Assembly: GCA_021801645.1 (NCBI GenBank)
Contig: JAJYXT010000065.1
Coordinates: 7,501-71,500 of the forward strand
Direction of reading: 5' to 3'
Source of the DNA: a bacterium
GTDB taxonomy: Bacteria > Chloroflexota > Dormibacteria > Aeolococcales > Bog-877
DNA length: 64,000 nt
The notes under the pieces are model-generated. The model made no database searches and was not told the DNA's origin. It saw only the letters and a list, made by a program, of their open reading frames with translations. Positions within the stretch are counted from its first letter, which is position 1. The number at the start of each line of letters is the position of its first letter. Positions 10,774 to 20,164 of the stretch are shown here, piece by piece. Position numbers and translations under genes: made by a program.

Positions 10774-11442
10774 CTACTTGCGGCGCATTTTCCCTCGGTC
10801 CTGTGCCTGGGGGAGGCGGACCGGGAACATGAACGTTATGAGCTCCACCGGGACCGTGCCTCCGGGCCGCTTTGCGGGGTCGAGGCGGGGCAGGAATTCC
10901 CCCAGCAGGGCATGCAGCCGGCGCTTGAGCTCCTCTACCTCTTCCAGGGTCGCGAAGAGGAGGAACTGATTGGTCTCGGCCGCCGCCTGCCATTCCTCCG
11001 GATAGGTGGACCCGGTCGCCTCCCACAGCTCCAAGTGCTCGATCAGACGGCGGCGGAAGATGCTCCCCAGCACCTCCGCCTCGACCGTGGCCGCCGCGTC
11101 CTCACCCACTCGGGGGACGGTGTTGGCTCGAGCGACCATGCGCCAGGGTCGGCGCCGCCCCGGTCCACGCTCGCCCTCCTCGATGAAGCCGTAACGGGCC
11201 AGCTGGCGGAGGTGGAAGGAGCAGGTGGTCGGGCTCTCCCCCACCCGCTCGGACACCTCGGTGGCGGTCAGCGGGCCGTCCACCGCCAGGGCCTCCAGCA
11301 GGGCGATGCGGAGGGGATGGGCCAGCGCCCTGAGAGTCCTGGCGTCCTCGAGCCGGCGATAGGACCGGCGCGGGTCCGCGGTGTCCGGTGGGGCTGCCTC
11401 AGGCTCCCCGGCTTCGGAGGCGCTCAACGGGCCTGACCCCAA
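10774..11442 (-). CDS. ArsR-family (HTH_20) transcriptional regulator
   Basis: LRALAHPLRIALL...TATEVSERVGESPTTCSFHLRQLARYGFI; exact start uncertain. Confidence 0.88.
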   Translation of the reverse strand: MGSGPLSASEAGEPEAAPPDTADPRRSYRRLEDARTLRALAHPLRIALLEALAVDGPLTATEVSERVGESPTTCSFHLRQLARYGFIEEGERGPGRRRPWRMVARANTVPRVGEDAAATVEAEVLGSIFRRRLIEHLELWEATGSTYPEEWQAAAETNQFLLFATLEEVEELKRRLHALLGEFLPRLDPAKRPGGTVPVELITFMFPVRLPQAQDRGKMRRK

Positions 11443-11543
11443 CCGCCGGCGGCCGACCGGAGGCAGTCCTCCACACCCTCGTTGCGTCGCGGCGATTCGG
11501 CCACCACTTCCTCATGTTCGCAGAGTGGGCAGGCGGGCCCCGG

Positions 11544-13319
11544 TCAGGCACGGCCAAGGGTGCGGGCTTGCAGCGCCACCTGCAGGACCACCCGGGTCTC
11601 GGGGTCGTCCAGGGAGAGCTGGAGCAACGCCTCGAGGCGCTGCACCCGGTAGGTGAGGGTGTTGATGTGCACCTTGAGCCGGCGCGCTGCGGCCCGCTGG
11701 TTCCAGCCCTCCCCGGCCAACGCCTCCAGAGTCGGCAGAAGTGGGGTCGTGCGCCTCCGTGAGTACTCCAGGACGGGCCCCAGGGTCTCGCCCACGAAGC
11801 GGTCCACCGCCGCCGGGTCGCGCACCTCCAGCAGGAGGCGCAGTGCCCCCAACGAGCGATAGGAAGCCACCAGCCGGCTCCGCCCTCCCCGGCGCGAAAG
11901 GCGCAGCGCCTGCCTCGCCTCCTCGTATCCCCGCGGCAGCTCGTCGGCCCCGTTGGCCAGGTTGCCGATGCCCACCGAGACGCTGAGCCGGCGGTCCAGA
12001 CCGCTCACCAGCCGCGAGACCTCTCGGCCGAGCTCCTCCACCTCGGGGAGCGAGGGGCGGGCGGCATCACGGCCCGGGGCCTCGGCCGGCACCAGCAACA
12101 GGGTGGCGGCTCCCCGGGAGGCCACCACGGCCCCGGGGTGGCGGGGCCGGCAGAACTCGACGAGGTCACGGGAGAGACGCTCCTGGAGGGGCCCGGACTG
12201 GAGGGCGGTGGCGGAGCGCTCGTCATCCGGCTCTAGGAGCAGCAGCCAGGCCTGGGCCGGGATCCGGAAGCCCAGCCGCTCGGCCCGCTGGGCCAGCCGC
12301 CGCGCCTCCTCGGGGTCCCCTCCGGCGGTGATCAGCCCCTCGATCAGGTCGCCCCGCAGCCGACGCTCCACCTCGGCAGCCGCCCGCTCCTTGAGGAGCT
12401 CCAGCGCCACTACGGTGGCGCCCTGCTCCAGGGCCCGCCGGCGGGAGGCGGAGCCACCGAGGTCGCCCTCAAGGGCGAGGACCGCGACCAGCTCGGAGCC
12501 GGCCCGGACCGGGGTCAGTGTGAGCTGCTGGGGTGGTCTCCCGTGGTGGACCGCCACCGGCCCCTCGGCCCCAGCCGTCAGCTGCGCCGGGAGCTGGAGC
12601 CGGCGGGGGCCCGGCCCCCGCCCCAGCCCGTGCTCCAGCCGGAACCCCAGGGGGTCATAGACGCCCACCGCACCCCCGGCCAGCCCCGAAATGGCCTCCA
12701 CGATCCGGGCCAGACCCGCCCCGGTGAGGACCAGCTCGGTGAACCGCTCGTGGGTCAGCTGCGCTAGGCGGACCTCCTCCAGCTGCTCCTCGAGGCGGTG
12801 CTGGAGCTCGCTGCGCTCCAGGACCCCGGCGATCGCCCCGGCGATCGCCGACAGGAAGGCCACCTCCTCGGGTCGGAACTCCCGTCGCACCACGGTCTGC
12901 ACGTTCAGGACGCCGACCATGCGGGGCCCCGCCTCGATCGGGACCGAGAGCATGGAGGTGAACCGCGCCTCGTCCACCCCCTCCACCCACTTGAAGCGGG
13001 GGTCCCGGGCCACCTCGGAGACTGCCAGTGGCTGCCGCGAGGCGGCCACGGCGCCGGTTATCCCCTCCCCCAGGGGCATCACCACCCGTCCCAGCGCCGC
13101 TTGGTTCAGTCCGTTGGTGGCGGTGAGGACCAGCCCGCCGCGAGCCTCGTCCTGCAGGTACAGCGCGCAGACGTCCGCATCCATCGCGCCGGTGGTCTGG
13201 CCGATCACCAGCTCCAGCAGGCGGTCCCGGGACATGGTGGAGGCGGCGGCCAGCGCCAGCTGTTGGAGGAAGAGCAGCTCGCGCAGCTCGCGGTCGTCCC
13301 GCGGAGGGTCAGCCGGCGT
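11544..13319 (-). CDS. GAF-domain PucR/CdaR-family transcriptional regulator; probable non-canonical start
   Basis: N-terminal GAF (GEGITG, SMLSVPI, GVLNVQ) and C-terminal PucR HTH (AARRLKVHINTLTYRVQRL). The first GAF helix (RELLFLQQL...ST) lies upstream of the first ATG at 13235; ACG at 13319 follows GGAGG. Confidence 0.85.
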   Translation of the reverse strand, partial: TPADPPRDDRELRELLFLQQLALAAASTMSRDRLLELVIGQTTGAMDADVCALYLQDEARGGLVLTATNGLNQAALGRVVMPLGEGITGAVAASRQPLAVSEVARDPRFKWVEGVDEARFTSMLSVPIEAGPRMVGVLNVQTVVRREFRPEEVAFLSAIAGAIAGVLERSELQHRLEEQLEEVRLAQLTHERFTELVLTGAGLARIVEAISGLAGGAVGVYDPLGFRLEHGLGRGPGPRRLQLPAQLTAGAEGPVAVHHGRPPQQLTLTPVRAGSELVAVLALEGDLGGSASRRRALEQGATVVALELLKERAAAEVERRLRGDLIEGLITAGGDPEEARRLAQRAERLGFRIPAQAWLLLLEPDDERSATALQSGPLQERLSRDLVEFCRPRHPGAVVASRGAATLLLVPAEAPGRDAARPSLPEVEELGREVSRLVSGLDRRLSVSVGIGNLANGADELPRGYEEARQALRLSRRGGRSRLVASYRSLGALRLLLEVRDPAAVDRFVGETLGPVLEYSRRRTTPLLPTLEALAGEGWNQRAAARRLKVHINTLTYRVQRLEALLQLSLDDPETRVVLQVALQARTLGRA

Positions 13320-13818
13320 CGCCGTCCTCCGGCCTGGTCACCGCCCCAGACCGCCCCCCGCTCTTGGCCACCAGCTGCACCCCGTCCACCCGCGCCCACG
13401 GATCCACGCTCTTCAGCATGTCGATCACGGTGAGCGCGGCCACGGCGACGGCGGTGAGGGCCTCCATCTCCACCCCGGTCGCGTCCTCGCAGCGGGCCTG
13501 AGCCCGGAGCCGGATGGCCGGCGCGTCCCGGTCGAGCTCGGCCTCCACATCCACATGCCGAAGCGCCACCGGGTGGCAGAGCGGGATCAGCTCCGGAGTC
13601 CTCTTGGCCGCCATGATCCCCGCCAGTCGGGCCACCGCCAGCACGTCCCCCTTGGTCAGCTGGCCCGTTGCCACCGCCTCGGCGGCCTCGGCGCTGATGC
13701 GCACCATCCCTTCGGCTGTCGCCTCCCGGCGGGAGACCGGGCGGTCACCGACATCGACCATGCGGGCCCGGCCCCGTTCGTCCAGGTGGGTGAGCCGGTG
13801 GCCTCCCTCGGCGGCCAT
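13309..13818 (-). CDS. moaC: Cyclic pyranopterin monophosphate synthase
   Basis: LTHLDERGRARMVDV, KGDVL, AAKRTPELIPLCHP, TGVEMEALTAV, KSGGRSG. Confidence 0.96.
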   Translation of the reverse strand: MAAEGGHRLTHLDERGRARMVDVGDRPVSRREATAEGMVRISAEAAEAVATGQLTKGDVLAVARLAGIMAAKRTPELIPLCHPVALRHVDVEAELDRDAPAIRLRAQARCEDATGVEMEALTAVAVAALTVIDMLKSVDPWARVDGVQLVAKSGGRSGAVTRPEDGDAG

Positions 13819-14444
13819 CAGCGCGCCCCCTGGCAGTACGCGGCGGCTGGTGGATGGGAGGAGCTGTAGTACACGCCGACCACCACCCGGCCCGGGGGAG
13901 CGGCGGCACAGGCGAAGGAGACCTCGCGTCCCTGGGCGACCAGCGCGAGGTTGAACTGGGGGCTGAGCCCGTGGGTGAGCAGCTCCGGGAGCAGCTTGGG
14001 TAGGCCCAGCTGCCCGATCGATAGGCCCTTGAAGGACATGGAGACCACCGTACCCCCTCCAGATCGAAGCTCAACGGGCCCGCTCACGACGATGGTGTGG
14101 CCCAGGATCGCGGTGTCCCCGCTCACCACGATCTGCCCCCCGACGGAGTGGACCTCAAGGTTCCCCAGGCCCACGTACCCGGGCAGGCTCTGCTGAAGCA
14201 GGCTGGTCGCCTCGGAGTCGGTGAGCTGGATCAATGCCACCGGCTGCTGGGCCGCCAGCGCCGACTCCACCCCGCTGGCCACGGCCAGCTGGACCGCCGC
14301 CGGGCCCGCCGGCTCCACGGGGGCGAAGGCCGGCGCCGCCAACATCTGGTGGACGCCGTACAGGAAGATGGCCGCCACCACCAGCAGAGGCAGGAGGCAT
14401 CCCAGGCAACCCCCGAGGCAGCTGCGCCGTATGAAGGAGAACAC
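13818..14444 (-). CDS. Hypothetical single-pass membrane protein
   Basis: GTG 14444 just after the NUDIX stop; RRSCLGGCLGCLL then a TM segment and a beta-rich extracytoplasmic region; coupled to moaC. Confidence 0.7.
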   Translation of the reverse strand: MFSFIRRSCLGGCLGCLLPLLVVAAIFLYGVHQMLAAPAFAPVEPAGPAAVQLAVASGVESALAAQQPVALIQLTDSEATSLLQQSLPGYVGLGNLEVHSVGGQIVVSGDTAILGHTIVVSGPVELRSGGGTVVSMSFKGLSIGQLGLPKLLPELLTHGLSPQFNLALVAQGREVSFACAAAPPGRVVVGVYYSSSHPPAAAYCQGAR

Positions 14445-14445
14445 C

Positions 14446-14949
14446 TCAGCCGCCCTGAGCCCGCCAGCCGGCCAGCGCCTCGCGGTGGGCGGAGAAGCCC
14501 AGCACCGGTGACCTGGCGGGGTCGACCAGCGCCAGCTCCAGCGCCTCCGGGGTGGTCCGCCCCTGGCCTCCGCTGAGCCGGCCCACGTAGGCGAGGACCA
14601 GCAGCCCACCGCCGTCCCCCACCGGAACGTGGTGCACCCCCTCCAGCCGCTCCACCTCCAGCTCCAGCCCCGTCTCCTCGAGCAGCTCGCGGCGGGCGGC
14701 CTCCGAGGGGGTCTCCTGGGCGTCCACGTAGCCACCGGGGAGCGCCCACTCGCCCTGCGCTGGGGGCGTGCCCCTGCGGATGAGGAGGAGCTGACCTCGG
14801 GCATCGTGGGCGAGCACCGCCACCGCCACCTTGGGGTCCGGCCAGGCCACGAAGTCACATGCCGGGCAGCCCGGAAGGGACCGCCCCTCCACCTCGCGCG
14901 GCAGGAGGCGGGATCCACAGGCCGGGCAGAAGCGGTAGTCCACCCTCAT
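14446..14949 (-). CDS. NUDIX hydrolase with N-terminal zinc ribbon
   Basis: FCPACG..CPAC; Nudix box GGYVDAQETPSEAARRELLEETGL. Confidence 0.92.
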   Translation of the reverse strand: MRVDYRFCPACGSRLLPREVEGRSLPGCPACDFVAWPDPKVAVAVLAHDARGQLLLIRRGTPPAQGEWALPGGYVDAQETPSEAARRELLEETGLELEVERLEGVHHVPVGDGGGLLVLAYVGRLSGGQGRTTPEALELALVDPARSPVLGFSAHREALAGWRAQGG

Positions 14950-15242
14950 GGGTTCCAGACGATGCCGACCACGGTCAGCTCGCTGTCCTCTCGCCGCAGG
15001 GACCGGACCCTGGCCGCCACGTACCGGCCGTCCCCCGGGAGCAGTGTCAGGGGGTGGTCCCGGGCGGGGCGAGGCACGGTCACCGGCTCGAGCAGCCGGG
15101 AGCGGAGGTACTCGGCCAGCGAGGGGTCGTCCGAGCGCACCTCACCGTCCTCGCGCACGATGGCCAGCCGGCCCCCGCGCTCGATCTCCCAGCCCAGGAT
15201 GTCGGTCTTGGAATTCAACCGCCCGATGATAAGCCGGGTCAC
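14946..15242 (-). CDS. Hypothetical protein (98 aa)
   Basis: Overlaps by 4 nt with both dinB and the NUDIX gene; ordinary globular composition. Confidence 0.7.
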   Translation of the reverse strand: MTRLIIGRLNSKTDILGWEIERGGRLAIVREDGEVRSDDPSLAEYLRSRLLEPVTVPRPARDHPLTLLPGDGRYVAARVRSLRREDSELTVVGIVWNP

Positions 15243-16483
15243 CGTTCCGGCAGAGGCTGGGAGCCGAGCTCTCGCAGGTGGTCCCGGTTCCAGTCCGACA
15301 CCCGTCCCAGCTCCCCGACCCCCCGGGTGATCACCTCGGCCCCGAACTGCGAACGCAGCCGGTCCAGGGCCTGGTCCAGCCGCGCCGCTCGAGACTCGTC
15401 CGTCGGGAAGAGCCCGTTCTCCTCCCCCTCCTGGAGCCGCCCTGCCCCAACGCCAAGGAGCCGGATGCCGGGCTCGTACACCGCCTCCAGCAGCTCCCGG
15501 GCGGACCGGGAGAGCTGCAGGTCCAGGTTAGTGGGGGCGGAGAGCGCTTGTTGGCGGGTGACGGTCCGGAAGTCCTGGAAGCGGACCTTGAGGACGACCG
15601 TCCCAGCCAGCAAGCCCTGGGCGCGGAGACGTCCCGCCACGGCGAAGGCCATCTGCCGCACCATCCGCTGGGCCTCGTCGGCCGAGGTGAGGTCCACCTC
15701 GAAGGTCCGCTCCCGGCTGATCGACCTAGGCAGTCCTGGGGGAACCACCGGGCTGGGGTCGTGGCCCCGGGCTCGGGCCTGGAGCGGCGCCCCCTGGGAG
15801 CCCAGGGCGGCGAGCAGTGAGGTGCGGTCCAGCCCGGCCAGCTCCCCGATCGTCCTCGCGCCCAGGAGCCTCAGCCTCTCCACGGTCTTGGGCCCGGCGC
15901 CCGGCAGTCGCTCCAAAGGGAGGGGGGCGAGGAACTCCGCCTCCCCCCCGGGCGGGACCACCACCAGCCCCCTCGGCTTGCGCAGATCGGACGCCACCTT
16001 GGCCACGGTCTTGCAGGTGGCCACGCCCACCGAGCAGGGGAGCCCGAGCTCGGAGCCGAGCCGCCTCTGGATGGTGGTGGCGATGGCGGGGCCGTCGCCG
16101 GCCAGGAGCCCGGACCCGGTCACGTCCAGGTAGGCCTCGTCGAGAGAGCCAGGCTCCACCAGGGGGGTGTAGTCGCGGAAGACAGCGAAGACCTGCTTGG
16201 AGAGCGCCGCGTAGTGGGCGATGTCCACCGGGAGGACCACCAGCTGGGGACACTGGCGCAACGCCACCGAGAGGGGGAGCGCCGACCGGACCCCGAACGA
16301 CCGGGCCTCGTAGGATGCTGCGCTCACCACCGCCCGGCCCGGACGATGCGGTTCCCCGGGATGGAATTCGGCGCCCCCGGCCACCACCACCGGGCGGCCG
16401 GTCAGCTCCGGTCGGCGAAGCAGCTCGCAGGAGACGAAGAAGGCGTCCAGATCGACGTGGAGGATGCTCCGGTCCGTGCCCAC
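15239..16483 (-). CDS. dinB: DNA polymerase IV (Y family)
   Basis: ILHVDLDAFFVSCE, SAASYEARSFGVRSA, SLDEAYLD, KPRG; GTG start after GGAGG. Confidence 0.95.
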   Translation of the reverse strand: MGTDRSILHVDLDAFFVSCELLRRPELTGRPVVVAGGAEFHPGEPHRPGRAVVSAASYEARSFGVRSALPLSVALRQCPQLVVLPVDIAHYAALSKQVFAVFRDYTPLVEPGSLDEAYLDVTGSGLLAGDGPAIATTIQRRLGSELGLPCSVGVATCKTVAKVASDLRKPRGLVVVPPGGEAEFLAPLPLERLPGAGPKTVERLRLLGARTIGELAGLDRTSLLAALGSQGAPLQARARGHDPSPVVPPGLPRSISRERTFEVDLTSADEAQRMVRQMAFAVAGRLRAQGLLAGTVVLKVRFQDFRTVTRQQALSAPTNLDLQLSRSARELLEAVYEPGIRLLGVGAGRLQEGEENGLFPTDESRAARLDQALDRLRSQFGAEVITRGVGELGRVSDWNRDHLRELGSQPLPER

Positions 16484-16499
16484 GCCGCCCTCCCTTCGC

Positions 16500-18296
16500 T
16501 CAGCCGGCGGGGCCGAAGGTGCGCTCGGCGAGCTCCTCAACTCCCGCCATCCGTTCCTTCACGTAGTCGTCGAGCTCGCGCCAGAGAGCGGCCAGCTCCG
16601 CCTGCACCGCGCTCTCGGCACCGGCGAGGGGGACGTCCCGGGGCTCGCCCAGCCGGCGCTTCAGCTCCACCGCCTCACGTTGCAACGTCCTCGGCGAGAC
16701 GGTGACCCGGAGGGGCATCCCGCGCAGGTCGGAGTCCGCGAACTTTATCCCGGCGCTCACGTCCCGGTCGTCGTAGAGGGTCTCGACCCCGGCCCGCTCC
16801 AGTTCGTGGTAGAGACGCTGCGCCGCCTCGGTGACCCTGGGCTCGGCGCCCACCTGGACCAGCGCCACCTGGAAGGGTGCTATGGAGACCGGCAGGGCCA
16901 GGCCGCGCTCGTCGTGGTGCTCCTCAGCCACACAGGCCAGGAGGCGACCCAGGCCAATGCCGTACGAGCCCATGACCACCGGTCGCTGGTGCCCCTCCTC
17001 GTCCGTGTACGTCGCCCCCAGCGCCTCGCTGTACCGGGTGCCGAGCTGGAAGATGTTGCCGTACTCGATGCCGCGCCGGAGGTCCAGCGGCCCGCCGCAG
17101 CTGGGGCAGGGGTCACCGCCCACGGCGGCCGCCAGCGGCAGCTCCTGGTCCACCTGGCCATCCCGCTCCAGGTTGAAGTTGCGCAGGTGCCATCCCTCCC
17201 GGTTGGCTCCCGCCACCAGGTTGCGGCGGCCGCGGAGGCTGGAGTCGGCCACCACCGTGACCGCGGCCCGGTCCAGGCCGCGCGGCGACATGTAGCCGGC
17301 CACCGCGCCCACCTGTGCCAGCTCCTCGGCGGTCGCCGGCCGGAGCTCCACCGCCGAGGTGGCCTGACGAAGGCGGGCGAGGTTCACCTCCCGGTCCCCG
17401 GGGACCACCGCCAGCACCACCCGTCCCTCCCCCCCGCGCTCCATCTCGGCGACGTAGCCCACCGCCTTCGCCACCCGGGACAGGTCAACTCCGAGGGCGG
17501 CCGCAACCTCGGCCACGGTGGTGCACCCTGGCGTTGCCACCTCCTCGAGGGGCAGCTCCGGGGAGTCCTCGGGCGGCGCCGTGAGCCGCTCCGCCACCTC
17601 CTGATTGGCGGCGTACCCGCAGCGGGGACAGATCAGAAGGGTGTCCTCCCCCTGGTCTGAGAGGTACATGAACTCATGGGCGACCTTGCCGCCCATCATC
17701 CCCACGTCGCTGAGCACCGCCGCCACCGGGAGGCCCGCCCGCGCCGCGATGCGGAAGTAGGCGTGGAAGTGCTTGCGGTAGGCGGCGCGCAGCCCCTCAG
17801 AATCCCGGTCCAGGGAGTAGGAGTCCTTCATCCAGAACTCCCGGGTGCGGATCAGCCCGGCCCGCGGGCGGGGCTCGTCCCGGAACTTGGTCTGGATCTG
17901 GTAGACGATGCGGGGCAGGTCCCGGTAGGAGCTGACCTGGCTGGCCGTGAGGTCGGCCACCACCTCCTCGTGGGTCATGGCCACCACCATCTCCCGGCCG
18001 CGCCGGTCCTGGAAGCGGACCAGCGTCTCGTCGACCCCCTGCCACCGTCCCGAGCGCTGCCAGAGGTCCGCGGGCTGGACCACGGGCATGGAGACCTCCT
18101 GTCCTCCGATGGCGTCCAGCTCCTCGCGCAGGATCCGCCGGATCCGCTCCTGGGAGCGCGCCCCCAGGGGGAGGAGGCTGAAGATCCCGGCCGCCAGCTG
18201 CTGCAGGTAGCCGGCGCGCAGGAGCAGCTGATGGGAGAAGAGCTCGTCTGAGGGCGCCGCTCTCAGGGTCGCGCCGAAGAGCTGGCTAACCCGCAT
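16500..18296 (-). CDS. proS: Proline--tRNA ligase with editing insertion
   Basis: SHQLLLRAG, THEE, QIQTKFRDEPRPRAGLIRTREF, MGSYGIGLGR, anticodon-binding domain. Confidence 0.97.
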   Translation of the reverse strand: MRVSQLFGATLRAAPSDELFSHQLLLRAGYLQQLAAGIFSLLPLGARSQERIRRILREELDAIGGQEVSMPVVQPADLWQRSGRWQGVDETLVRFQDRRGREMVVAMTHEEVVADLTASQVSSYRDLPRIVYQIQTKFRDEPRPRAGLIRTREFWMKDSYSLDRDSEGLRAAYRKHFHAYFRIAARAGLPVAAVLSDVGMMGGKVAHEFMYLSDQGEDTLLICPRCGYAANQEVAERLTAPPEDSPELPLEEVATPGCTTVAEVAAALGVDLSRVAKAVGYVAEMERGGEGRVVLAVVPGDREVNLARLRQATSAVELRPATAEELAQVGAVAGYMSPRGLDRAAVTVVADSSLRGRRNLVAGANREGWHLRNFNLERDGQVDQELPLAAAVGGDPCPSCGGPLDLRRGIEYGNIFQLGTRYSEALGATYTDEEGHQRPVVMGSYGIGLGRLLACVAEEHHDERGLALPVSIAPFQVALVQVGAEPRVTEAAQRLYHELERAGVETLYDDRDVSAGIKFADSDLRGMPLRVTVSPRTLQREAVELKRRLGEPRDVPLAGAESAVQAELAALWRELDDYVKERMAGVEELAERTFGPAG

Positions 18297-18359
18297 TTGC
18301 CGCCAGTTTACCGGCAGCGGGAGCGGGGACCCCGGTGGTCAGGCCCCTACACTGCCGGC

Positions 18360-18788
18360 GTGGAGCCTCGGATCTCGCTGATCGCGCTGGGCGTCTCCGA
18401 CCTGGCGCGCTCCTTCCGCTTCTACCGGGACGGGCTGGGGCTCCCGACCACCGGGAAGCCCGGGGACGGGATCGTCTTCTTTCAGACCTCAGGCGTGACT
18501 CTTGAGCTCTTTCCGTACTCCGAGCTGGCTGCGGACGTCGGTCCGGGTTGGGACGTTCCCCGCTCCAAGTTCACCGGCATCACGCTCGCCCACAACGTGC
18601 GCCAGCGCCACCAGGTGGACGAGCTGCTCCAGCGGGCCCAGGAGGCGGGCGGTCAGATCGTGAAACCGGCGGCCGACACCGACTGGGGCGGCTACAGCGG
18701 CTACTTCTCGGACCCGGACGGCTATCTCTGGGAGGTGGCCTTCGGCGCCTTCGACTTCAACGAGGACGGCTCCCTCCGGGTCCCCTGA
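18360..18788 (+). CDS. VOC/glyoxalase family protein
   Basis: RISLIALGVSDL..FYRDGLG, WGGYSGYFSDPDGYLWEVA; GTG 6 nt after TACACT. Confidence 0.92.
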   Translation: MEPRISLIALGVSDLARSFRFYRDGLGLPTTGKPGDGIVFFQTSGVTLELFPYSELAADVGPGWDVPRSKFTGITLAHNVRQRHQVDELLQRAQEAGGQIVKPAADTDWGGYSGYFSDPDGYLWEVAFGAFDFNEDGSLRVP

Positions 18789-18901
18789 GCGGTCTGGCGA
18801 AACACGCCAGGCCTGTTCGAACCCGCGCGGGAGCGCAGCTGGGCCAGGGCCCGAGTGCCTTCTTCCTGAACCGCGCGGCGGGATCTTGCTGCCCCGCTCC
18901 G

Positions 18902-19645
18902 TCAGTCGCCCTCCCCCGGGGGGGAGTGGATGAGCTCGCCCAGCTCCTCGAAGGACCGGAGCCGGCGCACGGCAGGGTCTGGTATTGGTGGGGCCCCGGG
19001 GGCCAGCAGGGGGACCATCCCGGCTCGGCTGGCACCCTGGATATCGGCCCTCCACTCGTCGCCCACGAACCACGTGTCGGCCGCCTCCAGCCCCAGCCCG
19101 TCGAGGAGGAGCTGGAAGACGGCGGGAGACGGCTTGCGGAGTCCGACTTCGCTGCTGAACATGGCGACGTCGAGCAGGGGCGCGAGCCGTAGCCGGCGGA
19201 GGATCTGGTGGAGCACCATCGGAGGGTAGGGGGCGTTGGAGAGAAGGCCAACTCTGAGGCCATCCGCCCGCAGTCCGGCCAGCGAGTCAAGGACCCCCGG
19301 CCGCACCGACACCACCTCCTCCCAGGGGGGTTGGAGCACCTCGCACGCGACCGTGCCCGCCTCGGCCGGGAGCCGGCGGTGAAGGACGTGACCCAGCGCC
19401 CGGTGGTACATGACCTCGATCTCGACCTCGCGGAGGGGTCGGCGCCGATGGGCGGCGGCGATCAGGTGGTCTACCCTGGCGTCAACCGCGGGTCCCATTT
19501 CCTCCGCCGGCAGAGGAAGGCGGCCCAGCTTGAGCCGGTCAGTCAGCTCCAGCCCTGCGGCGCGCAGGCCAGCCGCGGGGTAGCCGATCTCCACCAGCGT
19601 GTTGCCGAAGTCGAAGGCCACGGCGCGAGGCCGCCGGCGCCTCAT
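18902..19645 (-). CDS. HAD-superfamily hydrolase
   Basis: FDFGNTL, LSNA, RKPSP, VGDEWRADIQGA. Confidence 0.9.
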   Translation of the reverse strand: MRRRRPRAVAFDFGNTLVEIGYPAAGLRAAGLELTDRLKLGRLPLPAEEMGPAVDARVDHLIAAAHRRRPLREVEIEVMYHRALGHVLHRRLPAEAGTVACEVLQPPWEEVVSVRPGVLDSLAGLRADGLRVGLLSNAPYPPMVLHQILRRLRLAPLLDVAMFSSEVGLRKPSPAVFQLLLDGLGLEAADTWFVGDEWRADIQGASRAGMVPLLAPGAPPIPDPAVRRLRSFEELGELIHSPPGEGD

Positions 19646-20142
19646 CCTCCGCCCGGAGTGGTTCCTCCCGCCGTGCCACCGCCGCCGCCGCCCCCCCGGC
19701 GCCGGCGCCGGCGCCGGCGAGGAGCTCCTCCCGCCGGAGAGCTCGCGGCCCCCGCGGGCGTGCCGGCAGGGCGCGGAGGGCGGGAGCGGGACTGTCGAGC
19801 CGGATTCGGACCGGCCGCCGGGCTCGGCGCCGGCGCGCGGCCGGCCGGGCGGCGGCGGCGGCGCGACTTGTGGCGGGGCTCGGCGGGCCGAGGATCGAAC
19901 CGCGCCAGCAGCCGCTGGTTGCGGCCCGGCTCCCAGACCGGCTCCCCCACCGGGCCAGTCTCCTGCAGTCGCTGCTCGAACTCTAGGAGGAACTCCTCAA
20001 GCGGCCGTTTGTCCTTGGAGGCGTTGAAGATCTGCTTGTCCGCCCAGGGCTGGTAGTGCTCCGACTCGGGGTTCATGAACTCCGGGAGCCGCTCCTCCTG
20101 CGGGCTCGGCTGCTCTGGGTTCTCCGGACCGCGGTCTTCCAC
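19642..20142 (-). CDS. Hypothetical protein with acidic N-domain and Arg/Gly-rich C-tail
   Basis: GTG 7 nt after TATACT; stop overlaps the HAD ATG (ATGA); contains RHKSRRRRR and RRRRRRRRGGGGGGG tracts. Confidence 0.7.
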   Translation of the reverse strand: MEDRGPENPEQPSPQEERLPEFMNPESEHYQPWADKQIFNASKDKRPLEEFLLEFEQRLQETGPVGEPVWEPGRNQRLLARFDPRPAEPRHKSRRRRRPAGRAPAPSPAAGPNPARQSRSRPPRPAGTPAGAASSPAGGAPRRRRRRRRGGGGGGGTAGGTTPGGG

Positions 20143-20164
20143 GGAGCCGAGTATAGGCAGGGGC

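Noticed and set aside
19675-19725. (CCG)n and (CCGGCG)n runs as CRISPR or mobile repeats
   Set aside because: They are simple coding repeats for Gly and Arg tracts, with no spacers or cas genes.
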